Of a stretch of 64,000 bases of DNA, positions 1-10,092 are shown piece after piece. This stretch comes from an uncultured Chloroflexia bacterium (GTDB taxonomy: Bacteria; Chloroflexota; Limnocylindria; QHBO01): positions 1,120,001 through 1,184,000 of the forward strand of contig CAWGTN010000002.1 in the NCBI GenBank assembly GCA_963825525.1, given 5' to 3'. Under the pieces are notes generated by a model, which was not told the DNA's origin, made no database searches, and saw nothing but the letters and a program-made list of their open reading frames with translations. How positions within the stretch are numbered: position 1 is the stretch's first letter; every line of letters starts with the position of its first letter. The position numbers and the translations under genes are program-made.

Positions 1-724
1 CCGGCTCGAAGTCGATGTTCACGCCATCCACGCGTCGATCGCCGACCACCTTCACGACGTCCGCGACAATGCGGGCCCGATAGGTGGGGCTGTTGAGCAG
101 CGTGGACATCTCGGTGTAGTCGCCGTTCCAGGCCATCATGGTGATGGTCGGAACCACGCGGACGCCGCGCGCGTGGGCCGCGTTGATGACCTCGGTCATG
201 GCCGACGAGGTCCACCCCGACCAGCCGACGGTGGGCGTCGACACCGGCCCGCGGGCGAGGTACCCGTTCGACTGCACGCCGATGCTGAAGTAGGCGATCG
301 TCGACAGCAGGTCCATGCGCAGCGCGGCACGGGTCGTCGTATCGAGCTTCCAGTACGGCAGGAATCCCAGGACTTCATGCGTCAGCTGGTTCGGCAGCGC
401 GCCGGCGGGACCGGCCACCGAGCTCTCGGCGACGACCAGCGGGTTCGCCGCCTCGGCCGTGACACCCCCAGCGTCGAGGGGCGTCTGAACGGACATCGTG
501 CCAATGCCGCCACTCGTCGGTGCGATCAGGCCGCCGTGCTCCTCGAGCATCTCGGACTGGGCCGATCGGCTGATGAGGTCGGCTGGCATCGGCGGCAGGA
601 CCGTCCCGTCCTCCAGGACGACCGCGTCACCCAGCGATGGCTCGTCCGCGGTGGCCGGCGCCGGGACGGCAATGACCAGGAGTGCGACGAGCAAGAGCGA
701 AAGTCGGCGGGAGCGGACGGGCAT
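1..724 (-). CDS. Secreted glycoside hydrolase family 18-like protein (3' partial, runs off window)
   Basis: Not in the ORF track; translated by hand from ATG 724 with GAGG upstream. Signal peptide MPVRSRRLSLLLVALLVIAVPAPATA, then EVLGFLPYW, TIAYFSI, AHARGVRVVPTI and DGVNIDFEP (variant of the GH18 DxxDxDxE motif). Confidence 0.8.
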   Translation of the reverse strand, partial: MPVRSRRLSLLLVALLVIAVPAPATADEPSLGDAVVLEDGTVLPPMPADLISRSAQSEMLEEHGGLIAPTSGGIGTMSVQTPLDAGGVTAEAANPLVVAESSVAGPAGALPNQLTHEVLGFLPYWKLDTTTRAALRMDLLSTIAYFSIGVQSNGYLARGPVSTPTVGWSGWTSSAMTEVINAAHARGVRVVPTITMMAWNGDYTEMSTLLNSPTYRARIVADVVKVVGDRRVDGVNIDFEP

Positions 725-844
725 CGGTTTCCTCACGGGGGTTCTGGCCGAACGGGCGAGCAGAGGCTCGCGACCGCACCGCACGCTACCCCTCTGTCGC
801 TGACCGCCCAATGGTACGTCCGACCCATGCGGGCCGTCGCGGGG

Positions 845-2743
845 TCACTCTGCCAGGATCGAGGCGATCTGCGCGGCCACGCCATCCGACACGGCGCTCG
901 TCCCGCCCAGGATCACGACCCGGTCCGGATTCAGGCGCCGAAGCTCGCTGCTGACGCCCGAGGGGATCCAGCTTCCGGGCACCAGGAGCAGCGGTCCCGG
1001 CAGGGCTCCGGCCACCGGACCGCCGCCCAGCGCATCCGGGAAGGTGACACCGGTCGCGACGAAGACGGTGGTGCCCGATGCGAACGTGCCCGTCGAGACC
1101 GCGACCGCGGTCGCATAGCGGTCACTCCCGGCGAGCCGGCTGACCCCACCACTCGTCGCGTAGCGGGCCAGGCCCGCCTCGACGCCACTCGACACGACGG
1201 CCGCCGCGCCGAGGACCACGATGCGCCCGGGCCGAAGCCGATTGAGCTCGGCAACCGTTTCGGCCGGGATCGAGTTGCGTTCGACCAGGAGAATCGGCCC
1301 GTCATTCGAACCTGCGGCGGCCACGCCGGCCAGCGCATCCGGGAACATCTCGCCCGTCGCGACGTAGGCGACCGCTACGCCGATCGGGAACGTGTCGGCA
1401 CTCACCTTCGCGGCGGTCGCGTATCGGTTGCTGCCGGCGATCCTATTCACCGTCCCGCTGGTGGCGTAGCCCTTCAGGCCCTGCTCCACGCCGGACGAGA
1501 CCATGGCGGTTCCGCCGATGACCTTGATCACCTGCGGGCGCAGCCGTGAAAGCTCGGTGGCCGTCTGGGACGGAATCCAGGTCGAGCCGACGAGGAGCAC
1601 GGGTCCGTTCAAGCGAGCGGCGGCGGCTCCCGCCGACAGCGCATCCGGGAAGGTGGCGCCGGTGGCCACGTAGGCGACCGCGACACCCGGCGCGAAGCTT
1701 GCCGCACTGACCGCGGCCGCGGTGGCGTATCGATCGCTGCCGGCGATGCGATCGACATCCTCCGAACCGGGCGGTGGTGGCGTCCCCGTGGGAGTGCCCG
1801 GGACGGCATCGGGGTTGGCGGCAAGGGCATACCAGTAGTCGGGCTCACCGAAGTGCATCGATCCGGCCACCGTCTCCTGGACCCAGACCTTGGCCCCGGG
1901 GATGTCCGGATGGTTCATCGGCTTCAGGGCCGCTGCGTCGTAGCCCACGCCCTCCTGGAACGTCTCACCATACGAGCGTTCCGGGTGGGTGAGGACGCGC
2001 GAGACGATGTCGTCTGCGTCGCCGTAAGCCGTGGCGAAGTAGGCGCCGGCGCCGAGCTTGAGCACCGGGTAGCTGTAGTTGCGGACGCGCTGCTGCGCCT
2101 CGGACAGGGTGGTCCGGGGATCCGTCCGGAGGTAGCGCTCGCCGAAGCCGGGGGCGTAGTGGGCCTGGGCATAGACCATCGTGAACCCGGGGGCGGGGCT
2201 GATCCCGTCGGTGTTGGTCGATCCGCCGCAGTAGCTCCACTGCGCGGCCCCGTCGCCGGATGTCAGGGTGCCGAGCAGAGCCTTCTCGCCGCAGTAGACC
2301 AGGGTCGTCGACCAGTTGTCCTGGTCGCCATTCGTCGTCGTGCGGTTCAGGCCCCAGCCGTTCACGCGATCGATGCTTTCCGTGCCGCTGTACGGGTTCG
2401 GGTACCCGTTGCCGTGGCCGAAGTAGACGACGACGTTGGCGCCGTTGACGGCGGACCGGACGTTGGCCCAGGTGGCGTTCGGGGTGTAGGCCTTCACCAC
2501 GGTGGCACCGGCAGCGGTCGCCGCGCTGGCGACCTCGTTGGCCATGTTCCGATAGGTGGTGGAGAGGGATCCAACGGGTCCGACGATGATCGCCACCTTC
2601 GGCGACGCGGCCGCAACCGGGGTCGGAAGGGCGGCCATGGCGGCGACGGCGAACATGAGAGCCGCAAGGGCGGCGGCGCGGATGCGGTCTGGCAACAGGT
2701 GCTCCTGGGCTTTGCGGGCGGTCTGGGTGGCGGGTACTGCCAC
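845..2743 (-). CDS. Secreted cell wall-binding repeat 2 (CWB2) protein with uncharacterised N-terminal alpha/beta domain
   Basis: Signal peptide; three C-terminal repeats of R(I/L)AGS(D/N)RYATA...FPDAL...GP(V/I/L)LLV...EL.RL.P typical of CWB2; N-domain contains VVVYFGHG. Start could be a downstream ATG. Confidence 0.85.
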   Translation of the reverse strand: MAVPATQTARKAQEHLLPDRIRAAALAALMFAVAAMAALPTPVAAASPKVAIIVGPVGSLSTTYRNMANEVASAATAAGATVVKAYTPNATWANVRSAVNGANVVVYFGHGNGYPNPYSGTESIDRVNGWGLNRTTTNGDQDNWSTTLVYCGEKALLGTLTSGDGAAQWSYCGGSTNTDGISPAPGFTMVYAQAHYAPGFGERYLRTDPRTTLSEAQQRVRNYSYPVLKLGAGAYFATAYGDADDIVSRVLTHPERSYGETFQEGVGYDAAALKPMNHPDIPGAKVWVQETVAGSMHFGEPDYWYALAANPDAVPGTPTGTPPPPGSEDVDRIAGSDRYATAAAVSAASFAPGVAVAYVATGATFPDALSAGAAAARLNGPVLLVGSTWIPSQTATELSRLRPQVIKVIGGTAMVSSGVEQGLKGYATSGTVNRIAGSNRYATAAKVSADTFPIGVAVAYVATGEMFPDALAGVAAAGSNDGPILLVERNSIPAETVAELNRLRPGRIVVLGAAAVVSSGVEAGLARYATSGGVSRLAGSDRYATAVAVSTGTFASGTTVFVATGVTFPDALGGGPVAGALPGPLLLVPGSWIPSGVSSELRRLNPDRVVILGGTSAVSDGVAAQIASILAE

Positions 2744-2841
2744 CGGCGTCCGATGCTAGGCGCGCCCCTGGGGGGCCGCCATGGCCCCATGGTCCAGTGC
2801 CTCGCCCACCGATGGGTCCAGTCAGGGTGGGACCGCGCGGT

Positions 2842-4035
2842 TCAGCCCGGCGACGAATCGGAGATGAGGCGATCGATGATCGCGACGTATCGGGCCTTCT
2901 GCGCGCCCCAGTCATAGGACGCCGCCTGCCGCTGCGCCTCCTTGCCCATGGCCACGGTTCCCGCCGGGTCGTCGACCATCGCCTCGATCGCGCGGGCCAG
3001 GGCCGCCGGATCGCCCCCGGGGACGAGACGGAGCGCGTCGGCCGTGAAGTGATGGCGGAAGGTGGCGAGGTCGCTGGCGACCGTCGGCACCCCCATCGCC
3101 GCGTACTCCAGCAGCTTCGTGCTGAGGGAATACTCGAGGTACGGCTCGGCCAGGGATGGAACCAGGCCGATGTCCGCCGCGGCGAGCAGTCTCGGCAGGT
3201 CATCCATCGGGACCCGCCCGTGGAGCGTGACCCGGTCCGCCGTCCCCGAGCGATCGATGGCGGACTCGATCTGCGGCCGCCATGGACCGTCGCCGTAGAC
3301 GTCGAGATGCCATCCCAGGCCTGGCCGCAGGTCCGCGAGGCCCGCCACGGCGACATCCAGACCATAGATGCGCTGGAAGTTCGAGTGATGCACCAGCCGG
3401 AGCACACCATCGGCCATGAACTCGCGTCGCTCGTGGCGGCTCGGATCAAAGAGGCGTCCGTCGGCGCTGTTCATGACCACGTGGATCTTCTCCGGCGGGA
3501 CCCCACGAGCGATCGAGAGCTGCCGAAGAGGCTCATGGACCGTGATCAGCTCGTCCACCACCGCTGCCGACGCCCGCGTCACCGCGGTGACGATGGGCAT
3601 GAGCGGTCGAAGGACCGGTGCGGCGAACCGATCGCGGAAGAACTCGGGCATGTCCTCGTGCAGATCCAGGAGGACCGGCACGCGCCCGAGCCGCTCGGGC
3701 AGCGCGGCGAAGCTCAGGAAGTCCGGGACGGTGGCGACCTGGACGAGATCATACGAACGTCGCCGATGCTCGCGCGCCAGGCGCCAGGCGACCATGGCCG
3801 TGAAGGCCACGTACTCGGCCATGTGGCCGGCAAAGCCGACGAAGCCGCGATTGATCGGCAGACGCACGATGCGCATCGGTCCGTCCCGCTCCTCGGCCGG
3901 CTCACCTGGCTGGCGGAGGCAGATGACGTCGACCTCGTATCCGGCATCGATGAGCGCGTCACTCTGCCTTCGAATCCGCGGATCGCCGGGAACGACCGCG
4001 TGGACCACCATCACAATCCGGCGCGGCTGGGTCAC
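2842..4035 (-). CDS. Glycosyltransferase family 4 (GT-B)
   Basis: DPRIRRQ N-motif, LDLHEDMPE, STKLLEYAAMGVPTVASD. GTG start overlaps the mazG stop (GTGA). Confidence 0.9.
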   Translation of the reverse strand: MTQPRRIVMVVHAVVPGDPRIRRQSDALIDAGYEVDVICLRQPGEPAEERDGPMRIVRLPINRGFVGFAGHMAEYVAFTAMVAWRLAREHRRRSYDLVQVATVPDFLSFAALPERLGRVPVLLDLHEDMPEFFRDRFAAPVLRPLMPIVTAVTRASAAVVDELITVHEPLRQLSIARGVPPEKIHVVMNSADGRLFDPSRHERREFMADGVLRLVHHSNFQRIYGLDVAVAGLADLRPGLGWHLDVYGDGPWRPQIESAIDRSGTADRVTLHGRVPMDDLPRLLAAADIGLVPSLAEPYLEYSLSTKLLEYAAMGVPTVASDLATFRHHFTADALRLVPGGDPAALARAIEAMVDDPAGTVAMGKEAQRQAASYDWGAQKARYVAIIDRLISDSSPG

Positions 4036-5141
4036 GTCGACTTCACCTCGTCCCACAGCCGGTCCTTGTCGGCCAGCGGCATGGCGGCCAGATCGAGCCC
4101 GCGACTCGCCGCCAGCTCCTCCACGCGGGCATGGCGCGACACCCAGCGATGGTTCGCGGCGCGCAGCGCCTCCTCGGGGTCGAGCTTCATCCAGCGCGCC
4201 AGGTTCACGATGGCAAACAGGACATCCCCAAGCTCGTGCAATCGCTCGTCGTGGCCATCCGCCGCTCGCAGCTCGTCGATCTCCTCGGCGACCTTGTCCC
4301 AGACCCCCTCGATGGCGTCCCAGTCCCATCCGAGGGTAGCCGCCCGTTCCTGGATCTCACGGCTGCCGGCGAGAGCGGGAAGGGCGCGCGCGATCGCGGC
4401 AAACGGACCCTGGCGCGACTGACCGCGGTCGGCGCGCTCATCGGCCTTGATCGCCTCCCAGTTGCTGACCACCTGGTCCACTCCATCGACCTCCACGCTC
4501 CCGAAGACGTGCGGGTGGCGGCGCACGATCTTCGTCGCGATCGAGCGATACACGTCGGTCAGGTCGAAGGCGCCCTCCTCGGCAGCGAATTGGGCGTGGA
4601 GGATCACCTGCAGCAGGACGTCACCAAGCTCGTCGGCCAGGTCGGCAGGGCTTCCGTGCTCGATGGCATCGACCGTCTCGTACGCCTCCTCGAGCAGGAA
4701 CGGACGAAGGCTGCGGTGTGTCTGCCGGCGGTCCCACGGACAGCCGTCCGGCGCCCGAAGGCGCGCGCTGATCGCGGCCATGCCGTGCGGGCTGGCGAGA
4801 TTGTCGAGCGGTTCCAGGGCGGGAACCAGCCACGAGCCGGAGGCGAGGAGCGCATCGTCGATCTCCTCCAGCCGATGCCGGTGCCGCTCGGGCAGGCTGA
4901 CGAGCTCGTGGCCCCCCGGATAGAGCGCTGACAGGACGGCGTGCGGCCCCGACCTGGCGTGACGGCCGGGCAGGATAGTCGCGGCGTCCGCCGCGGGGTC
5001 GTCGAGCAGGACGAGCGGCATCGACGGGTCGAACGCTACGCCGGCCAGATTGGACACGGAGACGATCTGGACGCCGGCCAGCGGATCGACGGCCGCCGCC
5101 GCCAGCACCTCGTCAACACCGCGCTTCGGCCCGGCGCTCAT
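4032..5141 (-). CDS. mazG: Nucleoside triphosphate pyrophosphohydrolase MazG (YabN-like with degenerate N-terminal domain)
   Basis: LRAPDGCPWDRRQTH, EEAYE, ELGDVLLQ, RRHPHVFG and a second ELGDVLF domain. Confidence 0.93.
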   Translation of the reverse strand: MSAGPKRGVDEVLAAAAVDPLAGVQIVSVSNLAGVAFDPSMPLVLLDDPAADAATILPGRHARSGPHAVLSALYPGGHELVSLPERHRHRLEEIDDALLASGSWLVPALEPLDNLASPHGMAAISARLRAPDGCPWDRRQTHRSLRPFLLEEAYETVDAIEHGSPADLADELGDVLLQVILHAQFAAEEGAFDLTDVYRSIATKIVRRHPHVFGSVEVDGVDQVVSNWEAIKADERADRGQSRQGPFAAIARALPALAGSREIQERAATLGWDWDAIEGVWDKVAEEIDELRAADGHDERLHELGDVLFAIVNLARWMKLDPEEALRAANHRWVSRHARVEELAASRGLDLAAMPLADKDRLWDEVKST

Positions 5142-5145
5142 CGGA

Positions 5146-6876
5146 TCAGGCGGCGGAGGACGCGAACTGCGGGTCGACCCAGGTGTCGACGTTGGCTCGG
5201 ACCTCGCTCTCGAGCCAGCGGTCGAACCCGTTGGTGCGGATCTGGGTCAACCGATCGTCCTCGATCTCACGGCTGTCACTGCGCTCCAGGAGCTTGTAGA
5301 TCCGGATGCCCTCCGCCCCGAGGTCGATCGGTTCGCTGATCTCACCGACCTCGTCGAGCGCGAAAACCGCCTCCTCGGCCGTCTGATCGAGCTGATATGG
5401 CGCTACCCATCCCAGCTCGCCGCCCTCGCGCGAGGTCGTGGGATCCTCGCTGAGGCGCGACGCCACCTCGGCGAACGTGTCGGGGTCGGCGCGCAGCTCT
5501 TCGACCAGGGCAGTTGCCTCGGCCTGCGGGCTCTCCCGTTCCCCGGTCTTCTGGATGATGTGATATCCGAATTCGCTCCGGACCGGATCGCTGAGCTCGC
5601 CGACCTCGAGCTCGGCAAGGGCCGATGCGAACTCCTCCACGAACCCGGGGGCCGCCGGGTCATACCAGCCGAGGTCTCCGCCGCGCGCACCCGACCCGGG
5701 GTCGTCGCTGTGCTCCTCCGCGATCGCGAACCAATCGGCATCGTCGGCAGCCAGCATGTCGTGCACCGACTCCGCCTCCTCGAGCGCGGCCGCCCATTGC
5801 TCGTCGGTCGCCACCGCGTCCTGCGCCGCATCCTCGGGCAGCGGGTTGATGAGGACGTGCCGCGCGCGCTCCTGCGGAATGATCCCCTGCGTCGGTGCAT
5901 TGATCACGATCTGCGCGATGCGCTGCTGCGCGGTGGGTGACGCAATCACGGATTCGGCGAAATGATCCCGGAATCCATCGACCAGGAGCTGATCACGAAC
6001 GTAGGACCGATACGACGACGCGTCGATGCCCTGCCGCGCAAGGAGCTCAGGCAGCGGGCCCTCTGCCGCCGCCTCGCGCCGTCCGAGGACCTCGAGGACG
6101 GCATAGCCGCGATCGGTCTCCACCGGGCCAACGAGGTCGCCGACCTCGGCGTCGCCGATCGCGGTGAAGTAGACGCCGTACGCGGTGTCATCGGCCGCAA
6201 ACCAGCCCAGGACGCCGCCCCCGGCCGCCGTGAAGTCGTCGCTGACGTCGGTCACCACGGTCGCGAAGTCCTCGCCGCCGTCGACCCGGTCGAGCGCCGC
6301 CTGCGCCTCCTGCTTCGCCGCGTCGAGCTGTGCCTGGGTCGGCTCGGCATCGGGCTCCGCGTCCTCCGGCAGCGCCTCGACCAGGATGAGCCGGGCACGC
6401 ACCATTGCCCCGAGCGCGTAGCGTTCGGCAATGGCGGCGTCGACGTCCTCGTCGCTGACCGACACGTCGAACGCATCGGCCTGGGCCGCCAGCACGGCGC
6501 TCTCGACCAGCGAGTCGGCGGCCGTCGTCTCCAGGCTGGAGAACTGAAGGCTGAGCTGGTCGATCTGCTGCTGGATGATCTGATCGCGCGCTCCGCCCAG
6601 CTGGCTCTGCAGCTCCGCGATGGTGGCCGATGTCTCCGCGACCAGGATGCGCTGACGCTCCGCCAGGTCCGAGCGGTCATACATCTGGCCGTCGACGGCC
6701 GCCACCGGGCGGAAGTGGGCCTCCCAGTAGCCGCTCCAGGCCGCGGCGCCGAAGATGCCGAGGGCGAGGGCGATCGCGATGGCGAAGGCGACGACGGTGA
6801 GCTGCTGCGTGCGCAGCTCATCCTGCCAGCGCGGGCGATGCTTGCGGTCGAGAACGGGTCGGGATCGAAAGCTCAT
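5146..6876 (-). CDS. Membrane-anchored parvulin-type peptidyl-prolyl isomerase (PrsA/SurA-like foldase)
   Basis: N-terminal TM helix, SurA-N-like region, rotamase motifs ARHVLI...SDDPGSGARGGDLGW...VRSEFGYHII plus two further GG.LGW repeats. Confidence 0.9.
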   Translation of the reverse strand: MSFRSRPVLDRKHRPRWQDELRTQQLTVVAFAIAIALALGIFGAAAWSGYWEAHFRPVAAVDGQMYDRSDLAERQRILVAETSATIAELQSQLGGARDQIIQQQIDQLSLQFSSLETTAADSLVESAVLAAQADAFDVSVSDEDVDAAIAERYALGAMVRARLILVEALPEDAEPDAEPTQAQLDAAKQEAQAALDRVDGGEDFATVVTDVSDDFTAAGGGVLGWFAADDTAYGVYFTAIGDAEVGDLVGPVETDRGYAVLEVLGRREAAAEGPLPELLARQGIDASSYRSYVRDQLLVDGFRDHFAESVIASPTAQQRIAQIVINAPTQGIIPQERARHVLINPLPEDAAQDAVATDEQWAAALEEAESVHDMLAADDADWFAIAEEHSDDPGSGARGGDLGWYDPAAPGFVEEFASALAELEVGELSDPVRSEFGYHIIQKTGERESPQAEATALVEELRADPDTFAEVASRLSEDPTTSREGGELGWVAPYQLDQTAEEAVFALDEVGEISEPIDLGAEGIRIYKLLERSDSREIEDDRLTQIRTNGFDRWLESEVRANVDTWVDPQFASSAA

Positions 6877-6993
6877 CGGTTCACGGTCATGCGGCGGCTC
6901 GGCTGCGGCCCTCGCGGCCGCCGGGCGGGGCGAGGCGCCATGCTAGCGGATGCCGTGGCCGGGCGCACGAACGACGGCATGCGCCGGAGCCGG

Positions 6994-7779
6994 CTATCGG
7001 CGGCGGAGGGCATCGCGAATCGCACGAAGCCGAAGCTGCACGACGAGCATCATCGCTTCGCCCACGATGCCGCCGCTCATCTTCGACGAGCCGGCCACCC
7101 GCTCGCGGAAGATGATCGGCACCTGCACGATGCGGGCACCGCGCCGGTGGGCCCACCAGGTGGTCTCGATCTGGAAGCCGTACCCGGAGCCGGCAGACTC
7201 GCGCAGCCGCACCGACTCGAGAGTCTCGCGCCGCCACGCCTTGAAGCCACCTGTCAGGTCGCGGTACGGAAGCAGGAGCACGGTGCGTGCGAACAGGGTC
7301 CCTCCGCGGCTGATGAGCTTGCGGTACCAGGGCCAACCGACCGTGTCGCCGCCGGGCATGTAGCGAGTGCCGAGGACGAGGTCCGCATCGCGCATGAGGG
7401 GCTCGAGGAGCCGGGGGAGCGCCGCCGGATCGTGACTGAAGTCCGCGTCCATCTGCACGATGGCGCGAGTGTCCGAGCGGGCCAGGACCCAGGCAAACGC
7501 TTCGCGGTAGGCGACCCCCAGACCCTGCTTGGCCGCGCGATGCAGCACGGTGACGCGGGACTCGCGCGACGCAATCGTGTCGGCGAGCTCGCCGGTGCCA
7601 TCCGGCGAGGCATCGTCCACCACGAGCAGCGACGCCTCCGGCAGTGCGCTCAGGATCGCCGCCGCGAGCGGTTCGAGATTGTCCCGCTCGTTGTAGGTGG
7701 GCAGGACGACCCAGGTGCCCCGGCCGGCGGCCAGCCCGACCCCCGGCGTCTCGGGCGGGTCAGCGCCCGATGCCGACAT
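6994..7779 (-). CDS. Polyprenol monophosphomannose synthase-like GT2 (Ppm1/DPM1 family)
   Basis: VVLPTYNE, VVDDASPDGTG, QMDADFSHDP, DLTGGFKAWR, GYGFQIE, ERVAGSSKMS. Confidence 0.9.
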   Translation of the reverse strand: MSASGADPPETPGVGLAAGRGTWVVLPTYNERDNLEPLAAAILSALPEASLLVVDDASPDGTGELADTIASRESRVTVLHRAAKQGLGVAYREAFAWVLARSDTRAIVQMDADFSHDPAALPRLLEPLMRDADLVLGTRYMPGGDTVGWPWYRKLISRGGTLFARTVLLLPYRDLTGGFKAWRRETLESVRLRESAGSGYGFQIETTWWAHRRGARIVQVPIIFRERVAGSSKMSGGIVGEAMMLVVQLRLRAIRDALRRR

Positions 7780-9037
7780 ACGCAATCCCTGCAGCGTCGA
7801 ATGGGGCGCGATCCACGGCATTCCGGCCATCCACGAACAGCTCGAGCTCCGGGATCAGGCGTGGATCGAGGGTGCGGTAGGCATCATGGTCCGCCTGGAG
7901 CACCACGACGCTCGCCGGCTCCGGGTGCTCGAGGTCGTAGGGCTCGAACCCCACGCTTCGCAGGTGGTCGCTGTCGTAGTACGGATCATGTCCGTAGACT
8001 CGCGCACCGGCCGCCAGCAGCTCGTCGCGAAGGCGGAAGGCGGAGCTGAAGGCGTCCTCGCGGACGTCACCGCGATACGCGACGCCGAGGACGAGGACGT
8101 TCCGGCCATCCAGCGATCCGATGCGATCCTCGATGGTATCGACGGCGAATGCGCCCATCCCCTCGTTGATCTCGCGCGCCAGCGGCGGAATCCGCAGCTC
8201 CGGGTCATCGTTGAACAGAAAGTGCGGATAGACCGGGATGCAGTGGCCGCCGACACCAACGCCGGGCTGGTGAATGTGGCTGTACGGCTGCGAGTTGGCG
8301 GCATCGATGACCTCCGTGACGTTGATGCCGTTGCGAGCGGCGAACTGGGCCAGCTCGTTGGCGTAGGCGATGTTCACGTCGCGGTAGGTCGTCTCGGCCA
8401 GCTTCGTCATCTCGGCTGTCTCCGCCGACGCCACCGCCCGGACCTCCGTCCCGGGATCAAGCGCGGCGCGGTAGAACTCGGCCGCGCGACGCGTGCTCTC
8501 GTCGCTCGTCCCGCCCACGATCTTCGGATAGCGCCCAAGGTCCAGGAACACGCGTCCCACCAGCACCCGTTCGGGACTGAACGCGAGGAAGAGATCCTCG
8601 TCCAGCGTCCGGCCGCTGCCAGCGGCCAGCATCGGCCCGAACCGCTTGCGGGTGGTGCCGACCGGCAGGGTGGTCTCGTACACCACCAGCGCGTGCTCTC
8701 CCAGGTTGGCGGCGATGTCGCGGGTGGCCGCGTCGATCGGGCCGAAGTCGATCTGTCGGTCGGCATCGACCACCACCGGGACGATGACCACCACGACCTC
8801 CGCATCGGAGAACCCGCTCGCATCGGCCCAGGTCGTGGCGCGCAGCTTGCCGGCGGCCACCAGGCCGGGAACCCGGTCGATGAGCGCCTGTTCGTCCCTG
8901 TGTGGCGACTCGCCACGATTGAGGGTGTCGACGATCCGCGAATCGACGTCGACGCCCAGCACGTCATGTCCACGCGACGCGTACTGGACCGCCAGCGGCA
9001 ACCCGATGTGACCCAGCCCGACCACGGCGACCCTCAT
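7760..9037 (-). CDS. UDP-N-acetylhexosamine 6-dehydrogenase (WbpA/WecC-like)
   Basis: GLGHIGLPLA Rossmann motif, FSPERV, KLAETTYRDVNIA, catalytic GGHCIP. Confidence 0.9.
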   Translation of the reverse strand: MRVAVVGLGHIGLPLAVQYASRGHDVLGVDVDSRIVDTLNRGESPHRDEQALIDRVPGLVAAGKLRATTWADASGFSDAEVVVVIVPVVVDADRQIDFGPIDAATRDIAANLGEHALVVYETTLPVGTTRKRFGPMLAAGSGRTLDEDLFLAFSPERVLVGRVFLDLGRYPKIVGGTSDESTRRAAEFYRAALDPGTEVRAVASAETAEMTKLAETTYRDVNIAYANELAQFAARNGINVTEVIDAANSQPYSHIHQPGVGVGGHCIPVYPHFLFNDDPELRIPPLAREINEGMGAFAVDTIEDRIGSLDGRNVLVLGVAYRGDVREDAFSSAFRLRDELLAAGARVYGHDPYYDSDHLRSVGFEPYDLEHPEPASVVVLQADHDAYRTLDPRLIPELELFVDGRNAVDRAPFDAAGIAYVGIGR

Positions 9038-10092
9038 GCCAGTGCCTCCGACAGCGCGGTGCCGGAAATCGCCTCACCGGAGTTCGCGGACTCGACCATC
9101 TTGCGGGCGAGCAGCAGGGCGACCATGGCATCGTGCGGCTCGACCGGCGGCGGACCGCCATCGCGGACGGCCCGGGCGAACTCATCGAGCTCCACGGCCA
9201 GCGGCTCCGCGCGGCGGATCGACCGCCGGGTCATCTCGCCCTCCGCCACCGAGTTGATCGGCGTCCCGAAGCCATCGGCGCCGCGATTCTGCCAGGTCCG
9301 ATCAGCATCCGGGTTGGCGTAGAAGTCGAGGTGCTGGGCGATGTAGTCGGCGACGTAGAAGCCGCGCTCGCCGGTGACCGTCAACGTCCTGCGCTTGGTT
9401 GCCGTGAGCCAGTTGATGTTGAGAATGCCGATCACTCCGTTCTCGAACTTCATGATGCCGTTGAAGAGATCCTCGTGCTCGGTATGAATTCGCCGCTCGG
9501 CCTCCGCGAAGATGCGGATCGGCTCGGAGCCGATGAGGTAGCGCATGACGTCCAGGTCGTGCGGCGCCAGGTCCACCACGACCCCGACGTCGCGAATCCG
9601 CGCCGGGAACGGCCCCAGGCGGGTGGCGCTGATCTGGAAGATCCGGCCCAGCTCGCCATCCGCGAGGCGCCGATGAAGCTCTCGAATGGCCGGGTTGAAG
9701 CGCTCGATATGGCCGACAGTCAGCATTCGATCGGCCACGCCGGCCGCGTCAATCATGCGCATCGCCTCGTCTCGCGTCGCGGCGATCGGCTTCTCGACCA
9801 GGACGTTGGCACCGGCCCCCAGCGCGGCCAGCGTCACCGGCAGGTGCAGGCTGGTGGGCGCCACGATGCTCACGAGGTCCAGGCCCTCCTCGGCCAGCAT
9901 GCGCTCCGGGTCCTGATAGCCTCGCGCGCGTCGCCCGGCCGTCGCGCGTGCGACCGCCGACTCGTCCGGGTCGGCCACGGCGACCAGCTCGACGCCGTCG
10001 ACCGCCTCGTCCCACACCCGCACGTGATTCCGGCCCATCATGCCGAGGCCGATGACGCCGGCACGCAGGGTCGGCAGGCTGGCGGACGTCAT
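9034..10092 (-). CDS. Gfo/Idh/MocA oxidoreductase, probable UDP-GlcNAcA 3-dehydrogenase (WbpB-like)
   Basis: GLGMMG, VLVEKP, VGHIERFNPA, DLAPHDLD; lies between the dehydrogenase and aminotransferase genes. Confidence 0.85.
   Translation of the reverse strand: MTSASLPTLRAGVIGLGMMGRNHVRVWDEAVDGVELVAVADPDESAVARATAGRRARGYQDPERMLAEEGLDLVSIVAPTSLHLPVTLAALGAGANVLVEKPIAATRDEAMRMIDAAGVADRMLTVGHIERFNPAIRELHRRLADGELGRIFQISATRLGPFPARIRDVGVVVDLAPHDLDVMRYLIGSEPIRIFAEAERRIHTEHEDLFNGIMKFENGVIGILNINWLTATKRRTLTVTGERGFYVADYIAQHLDFYANPDADRTWQNRGADGFGTPINSVAEGEMTRRSIRRAEPLAVELDEFARAVRDGGPPPVEPHDAMVALLLARKMVESANSGEAISGTALSEALA

Noticed and set aside
845-1760. Repeated DNA segments resembling an array
   Set aside because: They are the three coding CWB2 repeats (about 100 aa each), not CRISPR or non-coding repeats.
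4032-5141. MazG as an anti-phage or toxin-antitoxin component
   Set aside because: Housekeeping tandem-domain YabN-type MazG next to a PPIase; no mazEF or defence genes nearby.
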